Of a DNA stretch of 64,000 bases, positions 1 through 13,599 are shown one piece after another. Where the stretch lies: NCBI RefSeq assembly GCF_006345805.1, contig NC_042998.1, forward strand, positions 103,106,001-103,170,000, in the 5' to 3' direction. A program made the position numbers and the translations under genes. How positions within the stretch are numbered: the stretch's first letter is position 1; every line of letters begins with the position of its first letter. Under the pieces are notes generated by a model that was not told the DNA's origin, made no database searches, and saw nothing but the letters and a program-made list of their open reading frames with translations. The DNA is from Octopus sinensis (Eukaryota).

Positions 1-520
1 AGGGCATCCTCTTTTCCAAAGTGGATTAGCTCAAATTTATCCTCGTTCAGCAGCATATTGTTTTTTTCTGCCCTTTGGATAACAGCCAGTAGATCTGACT
101 GAAGGCATGTCCGGTCACTCGCCTCATTTATGACCTTCTGTAGCTTGGAGTCATCTGCAAAGATTTTTATGTTGCTGCTGTGCTTGATGATGTCATTATG
201 TCATTAATGTAAATGATGAAAAGAAGTGGGCCCAGCACAGTGCCTTGCGGAACGCCACTACTGACTTTGGCTGGCTTGATTTTATTTTACCCCTTCAACT
301 ACAACATGTTGAGATCTGTCTGTCAGGAAACACTTAATCCATTTCAGTAACTTTCCAGAGACACCAATGTTGGATAGTTTTTTTCAATAGGATCTTGTGA
401 TCGACCCTGTCGAAGGCCTTACTGAAATCAAGGTAGATGACATCGGTGTTGAAGCCCTCTCCCAAAGCTCTCAAAATGTCCTCAAAGTGATGCAGGAGCT
501 GCGTTAGGCAGTCCCTTCCA
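1..520 (-). mobile_element. CR1/L2/Jockey-like non-LTR retrotransposon RT fragment (degraded)
   Basis: Minus-strand translation gives RT motifs [36 protein letters not shown] and IFADDSKL. Truncated by (TA)n at about 521. Confidence 0.85.
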
Positions 521-542
521 TATATGTATATGTATATATATA

Positions 543-595
<53 letters not shown>

Positions 596-661
596 AATAC
601 ATACCTATATATATATATATATACATTTTATATATATATATATATAATATATATAATAATA
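521..661. repeat. (TA)n microsatellite (one of dozens in the window)
   Basis: Direct reading. Similar tracts occur at e.g. 1061-1190, 2215-2262, 10290-10400, 19380-19442, 23835-23925, 39605-39671, 46206-46286 and 60600-60687. Confidence 0.95.
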
Positions 662-832
662 AATATTAGGGATTATATCCAAATTTACAGGGAAAAAAAT
701 CAGATTTAGGATTAAATCCAATTTTATAGTCAAATATTATAAAATATTATTTGAGACAAAACCACTATTTTGCAAAACAAACAAGGAAAGACTTAATCAT
801 ACATAAAATTAATAAATAGTCAAAAAAAACCG

Positions 833-875
833 CCACTACAATCGTTTCTTGTCTTGATCGACAATCTTCAGGTGA
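833..875 (-). ncRNA. Minimal type I hammerhead ribozyme
   Basis: Minus strand: tcac-CTGAAGA-ttgtc(gatcaa)gacaa-GAAAC-gatt-GTA^-gtgg. All core nucleotides present. Confidence 0.75.
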
Positions 876-925
876 CTTCCAATATTCAGTTACAATTATG
901 AAGTTGTAACTGAATTATTGGAAGT

Positions 926-967
926 CCACCTGAAGATTGTCGATCAAGACAGAAACGATTGTAGTGG
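926..967 (+). ncRNA. Minimal type I hammerhead ribozyme
   Basis: ccac-CTGAAGA-t-tgtc(gatcaa)gaca-GAAAC-gatt-GTA^-gtgg. Stem I is CCAC/GTGG; predicted cleavage after 963. Confidence 0.8.
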
Positions 968-1109
968 CGGTTTTTTTTACTATTTATTAAATTTTATGTA
1001 TTGATTAAGTCTTTCCTTGTTTGTTTTGCAAAATAGTGGTTTTGTCTCAAATAATATTTTATATATATATATATATATATATTATGTATATATATGTATA
1101 TTGTATATA

Positions 1110-1178
<69 letters not shown>

Positions 1179-1200
1179 ATATATATATATAGAGAGAGAG

Positions 1201-1609
1201 AGGCGCAGGAGTGGTAGTGTGGTAAGTAGCTTGCTTACCAACCACATGGTTCCGAGTTCGGTCTCACTGCGTGGCACCTTGGGCAAGTGTCTTGTACTAT
1301 AGCTTCGGGCCGACCAAAGCCTTGTGAGTGGATTTGGTAGATGGAAACTGAAAGAACCCCTTCGTATATATGCATATGTATATACATATATATATATGTG
1401 TGTGTTTCTGTGTTTCTGTTTGTCCCCCCAACATCGCTTGACAACCGATACGTGTTTACGTCCCCATAACTTAGAGGTTCGGCAAAAGACACCGATAGAA
1501 TAAGTACTAGGCTTACAAAGAATACGTCCTGGGGTCGATTCGCCCGACTAAAGGCGGTGCTCCAGCATGGCCGCAATCAAATGACTGAAACAAGTAAAAG
1601 AGTAAAAGA
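1201..1609 (+). mobile_element. tRNA-derived SINE, family A
   Basis: Head ggcgcaggagtggtagtgtggtaag...ggttccgagttcg (A/B-box-like), tail ...ggtgctccagcatggccgca...gaaacaagtaaaag. Homologous copies at 9500, 33382 and 41938. Confidence 0.85.
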
Positions 1610-2204
1610 GAGGGGATATATATAAGTATGGAGAGAGTAAGGAGCAAAGTATGAAAGGCAGAAATATATGCACATTTACCTTCATAAAATCATAGTGAAT
1701 GTATTTTTTTTTCATAAAACTTTCCGGTTCGTTATGATCCCAGCCAATATCAATGCAATGCTTGTGTTATCTTGATGCAAAATTCTAACTTGACTTAGTG
1801 CAGTCTGGTAGATATATTCTTTTTATAGTTTTATCGAACTATTCGTTTCTATATGAGCTTAACAATATCCTGCACAATATATTCAAGAAATATGAAAGAA
1901 TAAAAATCAATAAATTTTATATAAGATATGAAAATATTTTGTGAGGAAACAGTGTTTATAAGCGAAAAGCGCGCTTAAACTGGTACCATATATGCATGTA
2001 GGCATAATTCTCGATTTTCACTAAAATGAAGCCAAATATACATCGCCATCATTAAATATCTCCTTGTCAATAACGGTACTACATGAATTGTTATTTATTC
2101 TGTAACTTCATTAGAATAACGGCTTTTCACACATATACACTGGAACAATGCATAGATACACATACCTATGCACATTTACATACACGCACAAGCATATCTC
2201 TGTA

Positions 2205-2262
<58 letters not shown>

Positions 2263-2263
<1 letters not shown>

Positions 2264-2390
2264 GCCATGATAGATCGTTAGCCACTACACACATTTTTTT
2301 CTCTCCTTGTTTTTTCTGTCCCTTTCTATAGAAGAGCGTAGGCTCAAAACGTAAAAGACTCTTTCTATTCCTGAGCGTTATACTAATACA
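2263..2390 (+). mobile_element. PLE-type pseudo-LTR fragment with degenerate hammerhead (2322-2357)
   Basis: cttt-CTATAGA-a-gagc(gtag)gctc-AAAAC-GTA-aaag. The stems match a minimal HHR but the core is non-canonical. Confidence 0.5.
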
Positions 2391-2758
2391 TATGTGTGTA
2401 TATATACATATACATATGGTGTGTGTGTGTGCTCATGCGTTGTTTTAAACGTAACGGGAAACCGTAAGAGGAAAATAAAAATACGTACCTAAAAACCTGA
2501 AGAAGTGAAAGGTGTCATGTTTTATAACACAGGATTTACCACCCATGTAGTAAAATATGCCTGATTATTCAGAAGCTCTTCTTATGTCACGGCAACTACG
2601 GGTTAGAGAAAATATCCCTTAATCGCTGATGAATAAACTCATGTAGTAAAACAATAATGGCTATAAGCTTGAACGAGCAATAATATTGTTCGACATTTTA
2701 ATACTATAAGTTTATTTAAAGTACTTGTAACCTAAAATATGGTTTATAATATGCTGAT

Positions 2759-2796
<38 letters not shown>

Positions 2797-2811
2797 CTAT
2801 TATATATAATA

Positions 2812-3035
2812 ATATTAGGGAATAAATCCAAATTACAGGGAAAAAAATCAGATTTAGGATTAAATCCAATTTTATAGTAAAATATTATAAAATATTATTA
2901 GAGACAAAACCACTATTTTGCAAAACAAACAAGGAAGACTTAATCAATACATAAAATTTTAATAAATAGTAAAAAAAAAACCGCCACTACAATCGTTTCT
3001 TGTCTTGATCGACAATCTTCAGGTGGACTTCCAAT
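2812..3035 (-). mobile_element. PLE-type pseudo-LTR, family 1
   Basis: Near-identical to 662-885; abuts (TA)n. Confidence 0.75.
2984..3026 (-). ncRNA. Minimal type I hammerhead ribozyme
   Basis: Minus strand: ccac-CTGAAGA-ttgtc(gatcaa)gacaa-GAAAC-gatt-GTA^-gtgg, a perfect match to the consensus core. Confidence 0.82.
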
Positions 3036-6000
3036 CTAAAAAATCAATATTAAAATATAAAAATAATAATTTTAAAATAATTAAAGTATGAATGAAAAAA
3101 TATAAGTATATAATCCATATATAACCTATATATAATCCATATATAATCAATATATAAACAATATATAAACTAAAAAAAACCTATCAACAATTAAATATAA
3201 AATATAAAATATAAAATATAAAATATAAAACAAAACAAAAAAATAATAATAATATAATATACCTAATTATATATAACCATATCTAACTACATACATTAAA
3301 TCACACACCTATATATATATCCCTATACATACACATAAAAACGTCTAGGCAACTATAAATAAATAAAATAGCTAAGTACTTCAACACAATACTTATTCAT
3401 ACTCCCACACACACACACATACAACCCACATTCACGCTCTAGAAAACGGACATCACTCAAAACTATGAACGGAGAAATGAAATAAATGGAATTAAAAATT
3501 ATATTCACTTGGTAAACGAACACTACTTAAAAATTATGAATGAAACAATGCAATAAAACAACAGACATCGCAAATAGACACAAATTACTACGAATTCCTT
3601 AACAAACCTACCATGATAAACCAAAACTCATAAAAACATAGAATGATAAAATCTCCCTTTACTAAACTCTATACAAAACCTATATAGCAATCCCCCTAAC
3701 CTAAACATTCACCACAAATACACACACGTAAACCACACACCCACGACATATACAAATACCCCCACCACTTACACATACCAATACATACATATAAACCTCA
3801 ACATATACTCCAAAAACCCACTCAACCCCACACAGACAAATAAACACAAAATTATGAATGGATTCTTTTATAAAACTACCATGATAAGCTAAAACTCACA
3901 AAACAGAAATGATAAAACCTCCCTTTACTAAACACTATAACATACTTATATAGCAATCCCTTTAACCTATACATTCACACACAAAAAAAACACACACGTA
4001 AACCACACACCCATAACAAATACAAACACCCACCCCACTCACACACACCACAAGTACATATAAGCCTCAACATATACACCAAACAAATTACTTTACCAAG
4101 GAACTAACATATGTATAAAAAGTATAACCGCTCTGGAAACGAACATCTCTAAATTAATGAATGGAGAAATGGAATAAATGGAATTAAAAATAATATTCAC
4201 GTGGCAAACGAACACCACTCAAAATTATGAATGAAACAATGTAACAAAACAACCAACATCGAAAATAGACAAATTACCACGAATTCCCTAAAAAAAACCA
4301 TGAAAAACCAAAACTCTTAAAACATATAACGATAAAATCTCCCTTTGCTAAACTCTATAACAAACCTATATAGTAATCCCCCTAACCTAAACATTCACAC
4401 ACAAATACACACACGTAACCACAGACCCACGACTTATACACATACCTATACTAACTTATAAACCTCAATATACACCCAAAAACCCACTCCCTCCCCACAC
4501 AGACAAATTAACACATACATCCCAAAACCTAAATAACAAACCCATATACACATTCACACACAAACACACACACACGCAAAACACACACACACAACAGATA
4601 CATATACTCCCTCACATATACGCATATACATACTCACTAAACTCGATATATACAACAATATTTACACACCCACACTCATACAGATAAATAAATTATACAA
4701 CTAAAAACTCACACACAATCTCATATACATAAACACTCCTATGAAAACAACATTAAATACATCGTAATTAACCAGAATATCAAAAATAACAATATGACAT
4801 AAGGATAAATAAAATACATACTTAACAAGTCAGTTTCAAATTATGAAGTGAAATTAAATTCTTAGCCGTTAAAAAAATCAAACCAAAATTACGTTACCAT
4901 AGAAATAACTTATGTAAAAAAAGAATACGCGCCATGGAAAGTAAACGTCATTTAAATTATGAATGGAGAAATAGAATAAATGGAACTAAAAACTATATCC
5001 ACGTGGCAAACCAACACTACTTAAAAAAAAAAAATTTATTATGAATGGATTCTTTAAAAAACTACCATGAAAAATCATTATATACATTTATGAGCTTTAG
5101 CTCACCTTAGCAGCTCTAACAAACAACTTGCAGTAACCCAAACCCATTCTCTATGCCTACCTCACTACTACACTATTCCATTCACAATTCCAAGCAACGC
5201 TAGTCCACCACCCGGTTATTCACGTGGCAAAACGAACACCACTCAAAAATTATGAATGAAACAATGTAATAAAACAACCAACATCGAAAATAGACAAATT
5301 ACCACGAATTCCCTAAAAAAAACCATGATAAACCAAAACTCATAAAAACATATAACGATAAAATCTCCCTTTGCTAAACCTATAACAACCCTATATAGCA
5401 ATCCCCCTAACCTAAACATTCACACACAAATAAACACACGTAAACCACAGACCCACGACTTATACACATACCTATACTAACTTATAAACCTCAATATACA
5501 CCAAAACCCACTCCCCCCACACACACAACAATTAACACATACATCCCAAAACCTAAATAACAAACCCATATACACATTCACACACACAAACACACACACA
5601 CGCAAATCACACACACACACAAATACATATACTCCCTCACATATACGCATATAACATACTCACTAAACTCGATATATACAACAATATTTACACACCCCAC
5701 TCATACAGATAAATAAATTATACAACTAAAAACTCACACACAATCTCATATACATAAACACTCCTATGAAAACAACATTAAATACATCGTAATTAACCAG
5801 AATATCAAAAATAACAATATGACATAAGGATAAATAAAATACATACTTACAAGTCAGTTTCAAATTATGAAGTGAAATAAATTCTTAGCCGTTAAAAAAC
5901 CAAACCAAAATTACGTTACCATAGAAATAACTTATGTAAAAAAATAGAATACGCGCCATAGAAAGTAAACGTCATTTAAATTATGAATGGAGAAATAGAA

Positions 6001-7375
6001 TAAATGGAAGTAAAAACTATATCCACGTAGCAAACCAACACTACTTAAAAAAATTTATTATGAATGGATTCTTTAAAAAACTACCATGAAAAATCATTAT
6101 ATACATTTATGAGCTTTAGCTCAACTTAGCAGCTCTAACAAACAACTTGCAGTAACCCAAACCTATTCTCGATGCCTACCTCACTACCACACTAATCCAT
6201 TCACAATTCCAAGCAACGCTAGTCCACCACCCGGTTACAATTCCCAACTCCACCCATTCATTCACAATTTCAACGACGTTCGCCTCCACAGCGCTACATA
6301 TAAGCCTCAACATATACACCGGAGATACACTTACACATCCGTGCGGATGGGTGAGAGTATACATTGAGTGTAGTGATGGGGCTCCCATTACTATACACAT
6401 TTGTACCTGTGTGGTAGTCTCCATGTGTATATTCACGCACGGGTATAAATGCAGGGGGTACACGCGCACGTCATTTGCGTGTACCCCCTCACATGTACAT
6501 ATGCATGCTATTTGGGCTCGATATATGCAACAATGTAAACGCGCCCGCATACATGCATATGGGCGAATTGCACAATCAAAAAACGCACACGTGTGTGTGT
6601 GCGTTCCCTGGTTGTGCAATTCACCCATCTGGGTGTGAGTGGGTGTATGCGTATCGCTGTGGATGTCGAGCTTGATACGTATGTATATGAGTGTATATTA
6701 GGGGGTTGTACGTATTAATTGTGTGCATGTGCTTCACGCACTTGCGTCCATGTATGGATGAATATATTGGGATTACTATGTGGGTGTAAATTGGGTATGG
6801 AGGGGGGAGTTTTGTCATTGTATGGGTGTGGGTTTCATTTGTGATGGTGGTTAGTTGGTGATTTTTAGTATGTTCTGTATATTTGGGTTAGTTATGTATT
6901 ATTCTAGTGTGTATAATTGTATACATATAATTGGTGTGAATGGGATTACGCCCATTTTGGGGATGTATGTTTATTTATCCATGTGGGGCGGGAGTGGCCG
7001 TTAGGTGTATATGCTGAGGCTCACATGCAATTCCAGGTACAGCGAATGAAGTGGGCACTTATATTTGTTATGGGTGTGTGTACTTTATTATAACAGACAA
7101 TACCCAAATAAAATCTGTCAATTCAACATACCAAATAAAAAACAAAAAACAAAGGGATCTTAAACATTCACACATACATACAAAACTCAATAAAAACACC
7201 ACTAAATAACACCCATAAACATATAAATATATCCTCCAAAATACATATAACAAATGCATAATAAAAATACATAATAAAATAAAATAAAAATAAAAAAAAT
7301 AAAATAAAAAAATAAAAAATAAAAAAAATAAAAAAATATATAAATAAAAAATAAAAAAAAAACACAATACCCACT
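3036..7375. repeat. Strand-skewed A/C-rich complex repeat block with a 1023-bp tandem duplication (4195-5217 / 5218-6237) and an inverted G/T-rich segment (about 6345-7090)
   Basis: The anchor attcacgtggcaaacgaacacc occurs at 4195 and 5218, with a diverged copy near 3505. The + strand is very G-poor, and the skew flips at about 6345 and about 7090. Confidence 0.8.
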
Positions 7376-8555
7376 GCCTTCTCTTATTGAGCGTGCAGGT
7401 GGATGTTGCAATTATAAGAGGAGACAATTTCTCTGATATCCTCGGAAGATACTCAAAATTCGAAATATTCTATTTGAAAAATTATAGAATTACGCTAATT
7501 GTTAGTATTCTATATTTAGACTGTTTTATAATTCTGATCACCTTATGGTTTGATGCAATTAAAATAGAATGCAACGTTGTTGCTATTCATAAGCATACTC
7601 TGTGTGTAATATAATTTCAAACAATATAAGTGCCTACTAAAAGCGACATAAAGACTACTACGAAGAATAGACAGAGATGTTTCTTAACGCTTTATTATTT
7701 CGACGGTACAAATTTACATGAAATTGGCACTACCTAAGTAAGTATCCATATATTTATAAAAGCATGCATATATCCAAGTAAGTTTATATTTAGCTGATAC
7801 GAAATTAGAATGAATTACTGTGAACTAATTGTGGCAGAGACATGATTCACTAAATTTTCCTGCTCTAAAAGCTCATTTTCGCATGAAGAATTGCCAATGT
7901 AATTTCTTAATGGATGGATGCGAAAACTATTTGATTAAAATGAATGGGTCTTGTCAAATTAACAGTTGATCAGGTATATTTCAACTTCATCTTCATGACG
8001 ACTGCTCCTAGAAATATCCACCATTACCTCTCTATTATTTCCTGATTTTCTATTATTGCCAAATATTACGCAACGAATATAATTATTCCAAAGGAATTAT
8101 TTTACGACAGATATTTTTTCTTATTCCTATTATTTGTACTCCTTAAAATTTCTATATTTTATTCGACCTCCCATTCCACTGCTTTTGCATTAATATTACA
8201 TTTGTTAATTGTAATTTTCTAGAAAAAATTAAGTTTGGCCCATACCGCCAGTTAGAATACATCAAATTTACGAGATCATTGTTTGTCTAATTCTTGGATA
8301 TCAGTAAAAAGTGCTTGTTCTTTTCTCTTTTTTCTTTATTGCATTTGGTTTGCTAGATTCTTAATGTAAAATCGTGTGTTGAAACGTGTGTATTTTGGAG
8401 AAAGACACGCATAGTTTCTATTTCCCTTTTTTTAAATCTTTATTAGTCAATGAGATAAACATTGAACCAATTAACTAATCGACTTCTTGTTTAATCGTTC
8501 AGTCAATCAATCCATTTGCTAGGTTCTTCAGCGTCCTTTCGTTGCTGATCACCAA

Positions 8556-8623
8556 CTAATCAATGATAGCAAGAATTTCTCTCCTCCAAAGTCTGTCAGT
8601 CTTCGAGCTTTCAAATTCTGTAT
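8556..8623 (-). CDS. Possible terminal coding exon (…DTEFESSKTDRLWRREILAIID*), unknown protein
   Basis: Acceptor-like ttcttctaaatatAG| followed by a non-repetitive frame to a stop. No recognisable homology. Confidence 0.2.
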
Positions 8624-8883
8624 CTATATTTAGAAGAATATAAAAATGTAAAACAGAAAAGAGAGATTGTAAGAGATAGGGGGACACTGGCATGTACTTC
8701 GTGTATTCATGTGTGTGTGAGTGTCTATGTATGAATATGGTGTGGATATGATAAGTTTTGCTACGGGTGTTTTGTCGCCGCTTATTTAGCGTCACTGATT
8801 CGATTCTTCCTTGACAGAATCTTGTTTCTCTCCTTCTCTCTCACCTTTGCTCCTATCTCTCCTTCGCTCTTTTCTTCTGTCCC

Positions 8884-8919
<36 letters not shown>

Positions 8920-9049
8920 TTTGTGTATTAGCATATTCCTGTTTATGAATGTGAGGAGAAAGAAAGTGTTTATGTGGGTCGCGTTCAATTAGTAAATTAT
9001 AATCTCACTCTCCCTCTCCTTCTCTCACAGTCTTCCTGTATTTCTCTGT

Positions 9050-9088
<39 letters not shown>

Positions 9089-9499
9089 CCTCTCCATGTC
9101 TCCGTGCTTAAATGTGTAAGCATCTGTGAAATGTCCCCTTCTCACGCTCACCTTCTATATCTATGTGTACATTTCTGCAAGTGCGCATGTGTGTGTTTGC
9201 CTTTACTGTCAAAAAGTGCTGTCGCCGAAACAGATTAAATGTCCATTAAACCGTGCCAGATTATTAGCTTTCAAACAGCCTTGCACAGTCGGCTCGTTCC
9301 AGTCTGGTGTGTATCCTGTGGAAGGTGTGAGTATGAACAGTTTTTTTTTTCATAGTGTCTTTTTGCGAAAAGAATGCATGTAAGTGTGCATGTCGGTGTC
9401 TGTGCATGAGTGTATGGACATTCAACTCCAGTCAATTTATATTCCTTTATTTCTTTTGGAACATTTTATATTTGTTTGTGTATTACTTGTTTACTTGCT

Positions 9500-9914
9500 T
9501 GTTTACTTGTTTCAGTTTCAGTCATTTGACTGCGGCCATGCTGGAGCACCGCCTTTAGTCGAGCAAATCGACCCCGGGACTTATTCTTTGTAATCCCAGT
9601 ACTTATTCTATCGGTCTCTTTTGCCGAACCGCTAAGTGACGGGGACGTAAACACACCAGCATCGGTTGTCAAGCAATGCTAGGGGGACAAACACAGACAC
9701 ACAAACACACACACACATACATACATATATATATATATATATACATATATACGACAGGCTTCTTTCAGTTTCCGTCTACCAAATCCACTCACAAGGCATT
9801 GGTCGGCCCGAGGCTATAGCAGAAGACACTTGCCCAAGATGCCACGCAGTGGGACTGAACCCGGAACCATGTGGTTGGTTAGCAAGCTACTTACCACACA
9901 GCCACTCCTGCGCC
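9500..9914 (-). mobile_element. tRNA-derived SINE, family A
   Basis: Reverse complement of the 1201-1609 element. Confidence 0.85.
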
Positions 9915-10286
9915 GAGGTAGAATATATTTTAAAATGTGACATTCATGCTTCTTTCTTTCAACCCTCCAGCAATGCGTACGTTTTGATATCAAAAGACGC
10001 AATTTCCCCAGTCAGATTCGAATTTACAGCACTGAAAGCATTCTAAGACATTCTGCCCAGTGGGCAGATCGTGGTGCTTTGGTGATCTACAAAACGTATC
10101 GAAAAACCATTAAGCTTACGATTCTCCTTGTAAATTCAAGTCATTAATATAAGCAGCTAACATTTTATGACATATTTGCATAGACCCACAGCTCTTCAAT
10201 GCCACGAAAATTAAGAAAGTTGCATAAGGTGGAAGTATATGTCTTCATATATGTGTGTGTGTGGTGTGTGTGTGTGTGTATGTATT

Positions 10287-10349
<63 letters not shown>

Positions 10350-10362
10350 ATCTATCTATCTA

Positions 10363-10406
<44 letters not shown>

Positions 10407-10419
10407 CATATTATATATA

Positions 10420-10630
10420 AATTTCCGCGTGTGTACCGTTGGCGATTTTTATTCCTCCGTCTTCCCTTCTTTGGATCATTCCTTTTCCTATGTTTCTGAC
10501 GAAGAGCTCCGCTCGAAAGGTAAACCCTCCTTCTTTCCTTCTTTCCTTCTCTCCTGAGCGTCCAATAATGCTATACTTGTTCCACGTCCTCGCGTTGTGT
10601 TTTCTCTTTGTGTTTTCATGTTTGGATTAG
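10420..10630 (+). mobile_element. PLE-type pseudo-LTR with degenerate hammerhead (10492-10525)
   Basis: gttt-CTGACGA-a-gagc(tcc)gctc-GAAA-ggt-aaac. Core intact, stem III/cleavage site damaged. Flanked by (TA)n. Confidence 0.6.
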
Positions 10631-12204
10631 CTTATATATATATATATATGGTGTGTGTGTCTATGTGTGTGTGTGTGTGTGTGTGTCCCTTATAATAATT
10701 TGCTAGTCAAACGTATTGATTATAAGGCCAGCTATATTTAAACAATATTAAAGTGTTCAACTTGTTATCAAATATAGTATAGTACAGTGATATTTAACTT
10801 CTGATGATATTTAACTTCTAGATGATATTTAACTTCTGAATATTAACACACATAAAACAACAGGTGAAACAATAAAAAAAATTAATGAATTAACTCTATC
10901 GTGGCGTGATGCCATGGAAGTATTTCAAAATACTAATATTTCTTAACCCAAGTCTGAATGTCCTTGTTAGTTCACCACAGTAGAAACATGCCTAAATTTG
11001 AAATTTCATGCAGCATAATCGCATTAATTAATAAAGTGAACGCTAGCATACTGAATGAAATCATCCATTAAAATTGCTAAATTAAAATTACACCATTCGA
11101 TTTCAATACAATTATTTTCTCAATAACTATTTCTGACTAAGAAACCCAAGGGAGATAATTTTCAGAAAGTTTAATTAATTAAAGTGTTCATATATGGAAT
11201 GCATTTGGAAGAGGAACTGATCTTTAACAGTGCTGTTACAAGTCTAGTTATGTTTTGTACTTCATTTAACTCAACGAGTGTCTTTTGATTGACGATAGTC
11301 GAAATTGAAAGGAAAATGGCAACCAGCGTTTATCATTTAAGAACAAAATGTTGGCTCTGAAAAGTTTCCATTATTCAATAGAAAACAATACTACATTTCG
11401 GATAATTTCATGTGAGATAGTTCCGTCTATGCACGTCTTACGCCAATGAAATATGTAAAAGACGTTAGAACCAACTTTGAATAGTTGGGGTAATAAGAAA
11501 ACCTTCACGCAGCCTCAGACTACTAAAACAAAGCAAACAATATACCTCAGAATATTCCTACTGTCATACATAACACAATAGATCATTGTGCTTTAGCCAA
11601 ATCCTCTTGAATCATAATTAAAGCTGAAGAACAATCATAAAACCAAGTGGCCAGAATCGGTACATTCCATTCTCAGTGTACTGATTACATTGAAAATCAT
11701 TGAGGCTAAACTTATTGTACATTAACAATGGTTTTGTTCTCCAGCGGAATCTGTTGGTCTCAGTAAATGTAAATGAGTAAAAGAAATATCAGAAATGAAG
11801 TTCTTGTGCGAAATTATATAAGTTTTCACCAGTTAACTTTAAATAATGTTTACATTATAAGTCAAAATTCACACATTAAATATTTCTGATAAAACACTGC
11901 GCGCGTGTGTGTCCGTGTTTTGCATGTGTTCATGCATATGTCCATGCATGTGCAAGTGTGTGTTGGTGTATGAGATATTGAAATTATAAAGAGTTTACAA
12001 GTAGTAGTATTGACATCAGGTGTTTCAAAATAACCATTGTCACTAAATGGAATTTGAAAAAATATATCCTAAGCAGACACAATGAATTAGTACCTTGCAT
12101 CACTACCGTAATCAACAATTGCTGTTGTGTTTTCTACTGTATGAATGTTCAACACAGCAAAACTACGTGACCGTTTAGCTTATTAAAGAGAACTATTAAA
12201 TTTA

Positions 12205-13420
12205 TCAGATTGAGTCAAAGTTTTATCGGATTATCACCGATGATTTTTGGCATCTTATATCTTTATGTTACTTCGTTAATTTGATACAGCTTGTTCAATC
12301 TTTGCTGAGTTATTTATTCTTTATGTTCATATATAGCATGTAAAAATCGATTGCATATTCTTTAATTTGAAGTTTTGAAAATGAGTGCTTAAAAGATTTG
12401 CAATTCGAGCCATTTTATGCTACCTGAGCAAAAAAAAAAAAGGCAAGGACATCAGCAAAAGAAATTAAAGATGCGTAACGCCCAGGAGGTGTTAGTAACC
12501 GTGTGGAACAAAACTGGTTCTGGCGTTTCACTAAAGTTGACGGCAACATCGAACAAATATAAGGTCAGGAAAACCTTCGGTTACGAAAGATGAAGTTTTT
12601 CTTGAAATGGTTGACAAACAGTCGTACATTATCGGCAGATTTTGGTCTTTCACAAAGCACCATCAATAGACACCTTCATAAACTCGGCCTTGTGAACGGA
12701 CGCTGTCGAGAAGTTCCTCGTGAACAGACCAATGACCAGGCTCAACGACGCGTGGATATTTGCCAGCAACTACTGGCAAATCCTCGAGATATCCGCTTTT
12801 GGCGTCGAATTGTAACAGGGGATTCAAAATGGATATATTTTCATACTCCTAATAAGAGAATTTAGTAACTTTGTTCCTGCCAGGCTTCAGAACATGCTAT
12901 CAAACAAGGGCGGTTGAAAAGAATGTCATATTGTGTTCTGATGAGAAAGTTTTGCACTTTGAGCATGTCCCACATGATTATATTGTGAACGCTAACCTTT
13001 ATGTTCAACAATTGTAGTGAGTATATGATGATATCTGGCATTGGTCAATCGAATACACGGACTCCTTCAATGACCAAGCACGAACTAAAGGAACTTGAGT
13101 GGTTGGAAGTGTTGTGTCACCCTGCCTACTGTACAGACCTTGCATCACCAGGCTACCCCATTTTACAACCTATGGCTCTTTTCATGCTCTTTTCACGGAG
13201 GACCAAAATTCTAGATGAGGTAGAAAACGGGTGCCGAGAGCTTTGCCTCTAAACCAGCGAAATGGTGTAAGCGCTGGATTGAGCTTCAGGCAAAACAATG
13301 TCAACAGAGGATAAAATATGAAAGAATGTATTTTTATGAAAACACACTTTCTGCATGTAATTTGATTGAACTATTATTTGAAGCTTGGAATAGGAAAAAA
13401 AGCATTTTGATTCAACCTGG
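12205..13420 (+). mobile_element. Mariner DNA transposon, near full length, pseudogenised
   Basis: Transposase remnants LHKLG…EVPREQ (WVPHEL-like), RIVTGDSKWIYF and HPAYCTDLASPGY (YSPDLAP-like). Degenerate TIRs tcagattgagtcaaa / tttgattcaacctgg flanked by TA. Confidence 0.88.
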
Positions 13421-13599
13421 TAAATAGATCCTACTTTATTGCAGTTTTAATTTTAAAAAAGATATATATGCACCTATAAAATCCCGGATTAGTCTAGATT
13501 TGACGCCCTTATTCAAAAGTCTAGTCGATCAAGCTGAGTCTGATTAAACAGCAATAAGAAACGTATTTTAGTTTGTACGATACTGCAGAAGGTAATACG

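Larger units (their letters stand above)
662..1060. mobile_element. PLE-type pseudo-LTR, family 1, as a foldback (minus copy about 662-895, plus copy about 904-1060) inserted in (TA)n
   Basis: Imperfect inverted repeat, arms about 741-895 and 904-1060, loop ttatgaag. The same sequence recurs at 2812-3035. Each arm carries a hammerhead motif. Confidence 0.75.

Noticed and set aside
1201-1270. tRNA-like sequences at SINE heads (also 22570, 50132)
   Set aside because: They continue into SINE bodies and lack a complete cloverleaf, so they are not called as tRNA genes.
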